This document shows, piece after piece, positions 54,112 to 64,000 of a DNA stretch of 64,000 nt. The DNA is from Antedon mediterranea (Eukaryota; Animalia; Echinodermata). The position numbers were made by a program, and so were the translations under genes. The notes beneath the pieces were generated by a model. The model was not told the DNA's origin. It ran no database searches and was given only the letters and a program-made list of their open reading frames with translations. How positions within the stretch are numbered: the first letter of the stretch is position 1; every line of letters starts with the position of its first letter. The stretch lies in the NCBI RefSeq assembly GCF_964355755.1, contig NC_092675.1:2413812-2477811 (forward strand), given 5' to 3'.

Positions 54112-57100
54112 ATGTTTTCAGATGTTGCAGAGAATGTTGCTAAAAGATCACATATTCTTGGTAGTGGAGAGAATAAAGACGTAAGCAAGATTGATGTAGA
54201 GAACAGCAGAATAATGAACCAAGGTACTGGAACTGACAACAAAAATGAAATGGCTGTCATGTCAAGGATGGCCTTGAATACGAACAAAGCTGGAATGGAG
54301 GGATTAGATAAAGGCAGGATAAACCAGATCATTCTTGAAGCATCAAAGGGATCCAGGTATGTCAAAGTTGTCAAAGACCTCTGTGAAAAAGTGGCTGGTC
54401 GCTACGGCTCTGCGTGTGTGACAAGTAGCACTTTCCACAAACACAGAGAGTGAAATGGACTAGATAGAACTTTCTTCTTAGTGCACACTAATCTATACAC
54501 TAGATCTCCAGTTTTAAGTTCTCATCCTAGAAGACCACCACTACTATGAATGAGGAGATCTCATGTGCACTGATTTTACTTAATGTTATTCCCTGGTAAT
54601 AATTGCCTAAATAATAAATAAAAATGTATTTGTGTCCCCCAACCACCATGTCTGACATTTGTATATTTTTCACAATTATAGATTCTATGAAAATGAACAA
54701 AAGAAAGAATCAGAAACAGACCAGCGTGTGGCAACAATGAAACAACAACTGGATTTGATAACTGAGAAAGATAAACAAAAAGCAGTGCAAGTGGTAGGTA
54801 GACAGTCAGGGGCTGATCCAGGGGCTGATCCAGGGGTAAAGCTAGGTGTGCATGCTCCCTGGCTTGACAGTTAAAATGGAATTATAAACTACTTGTTGAC
54901 ATCTATTTTGACTATCAATATTATATGGGTTACCGCTCCTCTAAAAAAATCCTGGAATCCTCCCCTGACAGTATAAACACTTTCAGATTTTAAGTGAAAT
55001 GATATAGTTTATTTATTTGTTGTTTATTTTAAGAATTAATTTCACTATTTAATCTTCTGTATTTATGAAGGAAAGATTTGATCTGCATTTTTTTTTTAAA
55101 TCAGTATAAGAAATACATACCATTTGATAACATTAATTCATTTCATTTTTAGATGGATGCACTCGCACAACAACTAGAGGTTGCAAGAGATTTAAGTCGT
55201 ACTATAGTTCACCTAGATATGGATGCATTTTATGCAGCGGTTGAAATGAGAGACAATCCATCACTAAATAACAAACCAATGGCAGTTGGCAGCATGTCAA
55301 TGCTGGTAAAGCTCTGTCTACACTATCAAACTAGTTTGAAAAGTGTGATGTGCCCAAATATGGTAGTGATATGCCCAAATACGGTAGTGATATGATATCG
55401 GCACGTCACATTTTTTTGTCAGATAAAGTTTGATATTGTTTGATATTGTAGACTAAAGACTAGAATTAAGAATACTTTCAATGATTCAACCTACCTACTG
55501 TATCCTACCTACTGTATCCTACCTACTGTATCCTACCTACTGTATCCTACCTACTGTATCCTACCTACTGTATCCTACCTACTGTATCCTACCTACTGTA
55601 TCCTACCAAAGAATATATATCACAAGAATGAGTAATCCGCGATTTTCCCTGTAACAGTAATATTGTCCATGTGGTAGGGCGCCGCCATAAGTGTGGATGT
55701 ATCTGGGATGTATACAACTTTTTGAGACGGTTTCACTTATCAAAGGCTGGACCACCGGTAGTATTTTCATGATAAAAAAATGTTATCAACTACATGCCAA
55801 CATCATGTTAAATACTATTTGGATATTTAATTGTTCGCTTTATGCAATTTATTTAGTAAAAACTGCCGTATAAACAGTTTGCTTTATCAACCGGGCGCTA
55901 CAATAGCGTGACCGGGCGTGTTGGTGTTTACGCGTTTTCACGTAGGATAGTTTAATAATATTCCTATATTTAACTTGTTTCTGGTAAAACAAATAAATGT
56001 TAATGACATTTAACATTTTTTCCTATTAATAACATGTATTTTATACTGATTTATATCATAAAAACAATACTTAATTTACCGGGCGTAGAGTAGTACACGG
56101 GCAATGGTAAAGAATAGGCCGTGCTGAGTAACGATTCGTTGACTTTTGGTGTTGCTGTGTTAGGCCTTTTTTGTGAACTAACTTAGCATGTTAGTAAATA
56201 ATTGTCTGTAAAAGTGAATGTACACTAGTTTGTTAATAAATATGTATTATAAAATAGTTTACAATTGAAAAACTATTATCATAATTCTATTTAATGTGAC
56301 ATGTATAATATCTATTAAATCAAGTCTTATTTAATATGTATACATCCGCCCTTATGAGGGCGGGCATCACTCTCTGGAGCTCTCTGTTACAAATTTCTCA
56401 TGCAAAAATCGCGGAATACTCATTCTTGTGATATATATTCTTTGATCCTACCTACTGTATCCTACCTACTGTATCCTACCTACTGTATCCTACCTACTGT
56501 ATCCTACCTACTGTATCCTACCTACTGTATCCTACCTACTGTATCCTACCTACTGTATCCTACCTACTGTATCCTACCTACTGTATCCTACCTACTGTAT
56601 CCTACCTACTGTATCCTACCTACTGTATCCTACCTACTGTATCCTACCTACTGTATCCTACCTACTGTATCCTACCTACTGTATCCTCCACTGTGTACTA
56701 TATTTTTTAGGTTGTACGTAATCCAATATTCTTGTGTGCCCATAATGGAAACCCTTAAAAGGAAAATGGAATAATCCAGTCATAATACATAATGCAATCG
56801 TGTTTGTTTGTTTCTTTTTTTTCAGTGTACTTCTAACTATCTTGCCCGTAGATTTGGTGTGCGAGCTGCGATGCCTGGCTTTATTGCTAAAAAATTGTGC
56901 CCTGATCTAATTTTAATTCCAACAAATTTTGATAAATACAGAGAAGCAAGTAAACAAGTTCGTGAAATTTTGAAAGAATATGATCCCAACTTTTGTCCAA
57001 TGAGTTTGGACGAGGCCTACTTTGATCTAACCGAACATCTTGTTAAAAGAAAGTCATTAACTGATAAACAAAGGACGTTTTATAATCCATATCACTGTGC

Positions 57101-60100
57101 AAAAACAAAATGTGATATTAAAGATGAGGTAAAGGGGATGAATCATAGAGATGTAAATAGTAGCAAAGGTGTTGAAAGACTGGATGATGAAAGAAATGTT
57201 GAGGGAGAGGAAGACATATCCAAATGTGTGACATTTGGTTTTACTGATGAAGATGCAGTGAATGAGATTCGATTCAGAATCCAGGCTAAGACACAGCTGA
57301 CAGCCAGTGCAGGTGAATAAAGAGTCTTTCTCACCGGTTCCGGCATGGGTCAGGCGTCGAAAAGGATCAAATTGAATATATTTTGTTTTCATGCGGCTAT
57401 GTGAAAATGAAACATTGACATTGATTTGGCTGTGTTGGACTGAAACCGTGCCGGAACAGGTGTGAAAAACCCTTAAGAAGGCAAACAGTTTCAGACCTTT
57501 AGTGGTCTAAAACAGCTCTGATAGTAATTAGTGTTTTCCAGTGTACCATACTTCATTTTGGGAGTTGACAAACATAATTGCGATTTAAGAAAGTTTTTTT
57601 TGATCGAATTTGAACTATACCATTAACATTTGTACAGTATGGTCTAACAGTAGGTTATCTCAAATATTGGTTGTAACAACTTTTTCTTATGAACAGATTT
57701 TCACTGAATGTAAAATAATTATTTCTAGTATATCGCTTGGAATTTTAACTTGTATTTTACTCTTATTTTTCAAGGTATTGCTCCAAACACAATGCTGGCA
57801 AAGGTGTGTTCTGATAAAAATAAACCAAATGGACAATACAAGATTCAACCAACAAGAGAGGCAGTCATGGACTTTGTTAGAACATTACCAATAAGAAAAG
57901 TATGTACAATATTCTCTACAATAAACATAGTTAATTATTATACTTTTGCAGCTTAAACAGGTATTAGATGTAGATGAAGCCCTTAAGGCCAATTTACACA
58001 GATGCAGTAAGGATAAGCCGCGTAGCTTGTCCCACATAGAAACCACCCGTCTTTCCCTCGTTGTGTGTAAATGATCATAACAAAATAGATTCTATATTTT
58101 TTTAACAGTTACCGCTCGTCAGGGGTGGATCCAGTATTATAGATTAGGGGGGCTAAAAATTCATAAATGATAAAAACGATATGTCAGGTGGCAGAAAAAT
58201 AGTCATTAATTTATTTTAAAAAGTTAAATTTTAAAGGGTGCTAAAGCCTGTTTAATCAATGCCTGTCTGTGTAAATTGGCCATTTGACTGCACTGTATCA
58301 TCAACATAAGCTGAATTTGAACAAGAATACTGAAGTAACCCCTACTCTTCACCTGTGATGGGTTCTTATAAAGTGTACACTGGATCTCCATTTTGTGAAT
58401 TGTTTTATCCAAGAAGACTTGTTTCACCAGAACTATTGACGAGTAGAGTCTCAGGAACCAGTCATTGTGTTGCTACAGTATGGTGCCTCTGCTTTAACCA
58501 CTCGACCAATCAACTCTTCCATCCTATTAATCTTGTTCTGTTACTGTATGTACTAGGCCTATAAATACAGTATGTATATTAATATGATTATCATTACAAC
58601 TTATAGGTAGGTGGTATTGGAAAGGTTACAGAAAAGATGCTGAAATCATTGAACATTGAGACATGTAGTGATATGTTTGTCCACCGTGGAATTCTTCATC
58701 TTTTGTTCTCAGAGATATCATCACATCACTTTTTACAAACCTCGTTGGGATTGGGTTCGACTAGAGTTGAAAGGTGAATTCATTATACATTATTTTTAAT
58801 TTTTTTTAAGTTTAGCATAGCTTGATATTTTCTTCTAATCCTTTTTAGATTACGAAATTGAATTGAATTTAATGTATAAAGGAAAGAACTTTTTTTAAAC
58901 CTTTGTAAGTTTCTGATGTAAGAGAAAACTTTTCTCTAGTTCGATCGTAGGGATGTAGCTGATGAGATACAGTAGGCATATGCCATATCTCCCAGTAGTG
59001 CCTACAGTATCTCCTCTTTTTTTTTAATTGTAGATCCTCCGAAAGGAAAAGTATTAGTGTAGAAAGGACGTTCAGAGAATTGTCAACACCTTCTGACCTC
59101 TACTTAAAGTTGAATGAACTTTGTCAATCACTTTCTAAAGATTTAAAAGAAGAAGAAATTATGGTAAACATACAAATAATAATTGATAAATAATAATAAT
59201 AATATAACATATGTCTAATAGGCTATATTTAACATTTACTATGGGTATTTACTAATTAGATTTCCATCAGATGTAGTATAGATAGAGTATAATGCAACTG
59301 ACGTCACAATACCACATGCATTTTATGCTATACAAACAGATTTAATAACTTCTAGAGCCATATAGCCAGATTGGTTTTGGTATACTGCTAAAATAAAAAC
59401 TATAAATGAAATAGTTTAAAAATGCACACAACTTACACATTATGCTAAATTAATCTTCAGTCCAGGTTTATAAGCACAAATAAATTTAAAGTGTTATGAT
59501 TTAAGTTTTGAACAGTTAAATGGTTCGGGAAGGCATTGAACACAAATGTGACAGAGCTAGTAGACAAGCTGGAAACACATTGAGGTGGTAGCATGTTAAT
59601 ATACTTTCATATGCTGTTTCAAATCCTTCAAAGTTAATATTTATAGTTACTCCATTTTCTTCTACAGGGAAAAACAGTTAGCATTAAACTAAAAAATGAC
59701 AAGTTTCAAGTGAAAACAAGATCCAGTTCTGTGTCACATGCAATTGACTCCTTGGAAGCAATCTATGCCTCTGCTAGTGAACTGCTTAGACTTGAAATCA
59801 TTGCCTGTCACCCTGACCCTTTAAAATTGAGGTTAATGGGTAAGTATGAAATAGTGCAGACTTCTTGAGTGAGTGGTCAAGTGGAACCATAGTCCATAGC
59901 CATAGTATTGGCAAGGGTTCAAGGGTTCAGGACTCATCACTCTATTGGTTCTGTTATCAGATAAGGTCAAGTGCAGACTTCTTGAGTGAGTAGCCAAGTG
60001 GTTAAGACAGTGGAACCATAATCCAAAAAGTGTTGGCAAGGGTTCAAGACTCATTGCTCCCTTTGTTCTGTTCTTCTCGGATAAGGTCTACTGTATATAA

Positions 60101-62165
60101 AATGTGTGCACTTTAAAGAACCATTTCTTGTGATTGGTCAAATCACTTACGTTGCATTACGTCCTTGTGTTGCGTTGCTAGTGGGAATCAAGCTTTAGAG
60201 AAGAACCATGATGTGTAACATCTAAGCCCACAAAGCAATGATGTCATTCATTATCTTTTTAAAGATGTACAAAAGAACACAAGGCTTGCAATACAAGACA
60301 TTTGAAAATAAAACGCTTTCTTTTTGACACCCTTATTCAGGGTATACGTCTACTAAAAGAACACTTTCTCATGAAACAAAACAAGGGGAACTACTGTATA
60401 GGCTATGTTTTAGCATTAAGAGGAAACTTTGTTTGGTCCTGAAGGTGTGTTTACTGTACTGTCATGATTTTAGAATAAATTGTATGTTTTCTTTTCTCTT
60501 TCAAAGGTGTGAGAATGTCTTCACTGATTTCTGCCAATGTTGTTCATAGTAAACAAGGAACTCTAATGAATTTCTTTCAAAAGCCAAAAACAACCTCGTC
60601 AAAGTTAGTTAACGGACCTGAGATGCATGATCATAAAGAGACACTCAAAAGCAGTAACATTACCAATTCAAATGATATGAGTAATAATATGACTTTAAAT
60701 TACAATATGTCTAACATTGCTCAAGATAAAAACAGAACTATGTCAGAAGAAGTAACAGAATCACACGAAATTAATAACCATTTGTCAGACATTCCACACA
60801 CTCGGTATATGGACTCCATTCCGGAAGCAGCTACTATAGAGGGCAGGCTCTTCGAATTTGTTTGTCCCATTTGTAACAATGTTCAAATGCATAATGACTT
60901 GAATGAATTTAATAAGCATGTCGATCTGTGTTTGAATGATAAAGAGATAAAGTCAATATTATCAGAACAAGGTAGGATTTATTTATTGTTGTATTTTACA
61001 AAATCATATTTATTTGTGGATTTCAGTAAATACCTGAATAGGCAGGTGGGCTGCCCATTGTACTTGTAATAATTATATTATTAATTATTACACTATATAT
61101 ATACTTGCAATATTTTTATATAATAATAATATATATAATAATTTATATTCCCTACAGATCAGGAAGTGAATAAACAACCAATATCTCCAGTACAATCATC
61201 TAAACGGTAAGTTCTATAAACAATCTGGTATTAAAATAAAAATGAATAATATTAAAAAATAGAAAGTGTGAGATAAATAATCAACCCCACCAAGTTTGGA
61301 ACTTTTTATTTCCCTTCCATAAAGTCTAAATATAAAATTATTCATAAAGTCTAATATAAAATTATATAATTATTATAAATTTATATTAAATTTATGTTTA
61401 TTTGGTACATTTACCATACTCAAACGAAAATGTGTGTGCTCTATCACAGAGCATGGAAACTTTACAGATAGATATTACAGATATGCATTTTGGGCCATTG
61501 ATATAGATATGTCCTATTTATAAGCAAAAACATATTCTGTAAAAAGTGACATTTTTGTAAGAAAGTATACCCCAATAGGTGATAATTAGCCCAAATTAAC
61601 CACTCATGCTTTACTAAACATATAAACAAAAAGCACCCTTCCGGCACAAGTGGAGATTATCCCATGGTAGCGATAATGTATTCGAGTGGGGTGCTCTTAT
61701 GCCTGATTACCTAATGGTCAAACCTAATCAAATCATTTAATATGTATTTAATCAACAGTATAACTATTGATTTTAACAGTGTTTATATAGACACTGATGT
61801 TATTTACTGATATAGCTTCAACAACATTACTATGCATTGTGGGATACTGTATGAATATGACTGTTATTGATTTAAACGTCAGATGTTTGTTTAATATTTG
61901 ACATAGTGACTATTGGCTTGGCACTACTATTGATGCTACTATTAAGCCTATTAACTTATCCATTGTATTTGATTTTTATTTCCAATTCAATTTTTTGACC
62001 CAGAGAAGTTAGGATTAAGCGATTAATCTTTTCTATTTTTATTTATATTTCAGAAACTGTGGGTCAGAAACTTCATCAGCAAAGCGTAGAAAAAATGATG
62101 ATAAAGGAACAATTAAATATTTTTTTCAAAACAATAATTATGGAACTTTTCCGTCACACAAATAG
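54112..62165 (+). CDS. POLK: DNA polymerase kappa (Y-family, DinB-like), ~738 aa
   Basis: Exons 54112-54356 ([26 protein letters not shown]-clasp), 54682-54793, 55153-55305 ([18 protein letters not shown]), 56826-57312 ([27 protein letters not shown]), 57775-57899 ([21 protein letters not shown]), 58607-58773, 59034-59163 ([10 protein letters not shown]), 59668-59839, 60507-60971 (UBZ CPICN..HVDLCL), 61158-61206, 62054-62165 (AKRRK, TIKYFF, then TAG). The start is uncertain: either ATG 54112, or a 7-nt exon at 53382-53388 spliced to 54122. Confidence 0.95.
54807..54967. mobile_element. MITE with CAGGGG..GATCCAGG TIRs and 5-bp TSD
   Basis: acagt|CAGGGGCTGATCCAGG...CCTGGAATCCTCCCCTG|acagt. Related ends occur at ~40598 and ~58120. 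Confidence 0.75.
55310..55455. mobile_element. MITE family A copy inserted at a POLK splice donor
   Basis: CTG|gtaa-AGCTCTGTCTACACTATCAAACTAG..; the right end is degenerate. Confidence 0.8.
55490..56688. repeat. 14-bp minisatellite (CCTACCTACTGTAT)n split by a transposon
   Basis: About 8 units at 55490-55606 and about 17 units at 56445-56688. Confidence 0.95.
55607..56444. mobile_element. 838-bp non-autonomous DNA transposon with 40-bp TIRs and 7-bp TSD (P-element-like)
   Basis: atcctac|CAAAGAATATATATCACAAGAATGAGTAATCCGCGATTTT...AAAATCGCGGAATACTCATTCTTGTGATATATATTCTTTG|atcctac (39/40 match). No transposase ORF. Confidence 0.9.
57986..58281. mobile_element. MITE family C copy carrying a nested CAGGGG-type MITE (~58120-58265)
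   Basis: AGGCCAATTTACACAGA...ACCGCTCGT[CAGGGGTGGATCCAG...CCTG]TCTGTGTAAATTGGCC. Confidence 0.7.
58335..58510 (-). mobile_element. Meta-domain-like SINE, degenerate copy
   Basis: The reverse strand reads TGGTCGAGTGGTTAAAGC..TCTTCTTGGATAA..GAACCCATC..GAAGAGTAGGGGTTAC. Confidence 0.6.
59855..60122 (+). mobile_element. Meta-domain-like SINE with a tandemly duplicated tRNA-like head
   Basis: GTGCAGACTTCTTGAGTGAGT..GGAACCATA..GGCAAGGGTTCAAG..GATAAGGTC occurs twice, followed by GCACTTTAAAGAACC. Confidence 0.65.
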
Positions 62166-62447
62166 TTAATTTATTTACACTGAACATTTAAGAGGACCCC
62201 CATTTGACCCGAAGCCAACCCACATACACTTTGCTATAATAATTAATTGTTCTATTACATATTAATGCCTATGTTGGCTTCATTGCAATGCTGGTATTTT
62301 TAAGAATGGCAACAGTAGATTGGAAATTGATTTGTTTCTTGATGATCTCAGTGACGAATGACAATTAATTACAAATTGAAATGGATTACATTATTTGAAT
62401 TGAGATGTTGTTCTATTACATTACGTACGTCAATTTTGTTAATGGTA

Positions 62448-62512
62448 AGCTCTGTCTACACTATTAAACTTGTTTGACAAAAAAAGTATGATGTGCCCAA
62501 ATATGGTAGTGG
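62448..62512. mobile_element. MITE family A, left half only (truncated where the satellite begins)
   Basis: AGCTCTGTCTACACTATTAAAC..GTGCCCAAATATGGTAGTG, then (TA)n. Confidence 0.7.
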
Positions 62513-62520
62513 TTATATAT

Positions 62521-63145
62521 ATATAGCACTATAAGTTCACATATAGCAATATTAGTGCATATTAACTAAATTTGAAAAGGTCGAAATTTGGGTGATTTTG
62601 AAAAAAAATTCCTGTACTATAGTACAGGAATTTTCTCGAAAAATGACCAAATTTTGACCTTTTTATTTTTCGACATAAAGTGGTTCCATGACATTATAAG
62701 ATGATGATATGGTACTATATGTGCACATATAGCAATATTAGTGCATATTAACTAAATTTGAAAAGGTCGAAATTTGGGTGATTTTGAAAAAAATTCCTGT
62801 ACATAGTACAGGAATTTTCTCGAAAAATGACCAAATTTTGACCTTTTTATTTTTCGACATAAAGTGGTTCCATGACATTATAAGATGATGATATGGTACT
62901 ATATGTGCACATATAGCAATATGAGTGCATATTAACTAAATTTGAAAAGGTCGAAATTTTGGTGATTTTGAAAAAAATTCCTGTACTATAGTACAGGAAT
63001 TTTCTCGAAAAATGACCAAATTTTGACCTTTTTATTTTTCGACATAAAGTGGTTCCATGACATTATAAGATGATGATATGGTACTATACGTGCACATATA
63101 GTAATATTAATGCATATTATCTAGATTTGAAAAATGTCGAAATTG
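62521..63145. repeat. ~185-bp satellite, ~3.3 near-identical copies, each internally palindromic
   Basis: CACATATAG unit starts at 62538, 62724, 62908 and 63093. Central palindrome AAAATTCCTGTACTATAGTACAGGAATTTT. Confidence 0.95.
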
Positions 63146-64000
63146 TTAAAACTTTATGTAATCACTTTAACATCCACCCCAAACCAGATGTGTACACTAT
63201 TTAAAACCTTATTAAAATAAGAGTCTAAAAAGTTGCAAGAACTACACCAGGCTGAGGTTTAGATTATTTTACTAAAAGATGATACAAGATCACACTCATT
63301 TCAATTACAATAGCCCCTAAATGTAATACAATATAAACAGTGTTTGTTTGTTTGTTTGTTTTATTCGTTTTTCCACACATTTTAAAATTTTAAAAAATGT
63401 TTACAGATTACGAATAAGATAAACACATAACTTAAAAATTACAATAAACATAAAAACATCACAAATGTGCAGATGGAGGTCAAAATAAGTTGCGGACAGT
63501 GAATTTTTATACTAAAGAAATTGAATTAATAATGATTTAATTATTTGAGATTTGTAACGTCACCAATATATTTTTAATTTGATCAATAGGCCTACAATAA
63601 AAAATAATACAAACCGGAAAATCAAACTAAAATAGGATTTTTTCTCTAATATTTCGTAGTACACCTAAAGTTTCACTACGGTATTAACAACTCTTAATCT
63701 AAAACCACAGACGCACTTCCTTGCGTACATGCTCGTAGTAAGAGGGAATTCTCAACATATTACTAGCACTAAAGTGCTTAGGTAAGCCTAGCAACATTCT
63801 CAATGAGTTGCTGTAGCACACCTCCAAAGATTTAATAGTTTTTACAATGTGGTTACACCATAACATCATGTTCTAGACCATACTGCTCACATATTTTAAC
63901 CATATGTTTAACCCATATATTATGTGCATGTGTAAGTAAGTAGTAAATATCTTTTTAACCTATGTATTTGAATATCCAAGTATATCACTTTTTAAAGTGG

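Noticed and set aside
56400-56774. 124-aa ORF with repeated [14 protein letters not shown]
   Set aside because: Translation of the 14-bp minisatellite inside a POLK intron.
58958-59017. CTGATGA followed by a stem as a second hammerhead
   Set aside because: No GAAA after the stem, so the catalytic core is incomplete.

Overview
AT-rich, intron-containing animal genomic DNA. It is probably an invertebrate; an echinoderm-like deuterostome is only an inference. Manual exon stitching with frame and phase checks gives four protein-coding genes in two head-to-head pairs. (1) Dual oxidase DUOX (minus; 25 exons, 12854 down to 70; the FAD/NADPH-binding end runs off the window) is divergent from its maturation factor DUOXA (plus; 9 exons, 14252-24983, ~440 aa). 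(2) Ceramide transfer protein CERT1/COL4A3BP (minus; 14 exons, 53185-44383, ~609 aa) is divergent from DNA polymerase kappa POLK (plus; ~54112-62165, ~738 aa). Both pairings also exist in human. The ~19 kb between DUOXA and CERT holds no recognisable gene. Introns and intergenic DNA are crowded with non-autonomous DNA transposons (Harbinger-like, pogo/Tc1-like, hAT-like, P-like), tRNA-derived SINEs, LINE 3' ends, a Penelope-type hammerhead motif and several minisatellites. The most notable observations are a mucin-like Thr-rich plus acidic-Tyr N-terminal extension on DUOX encoded by symmetric exons, a GC-AG intron in DUOX, a single 78-nt CERT linker exon at the position of the vertebrate GPBP alternative exon, a P-like element inserted into a 14-bp minisatellite, and a palindromic 185-bp satellite. 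I see no clearly novel multi-gene system.
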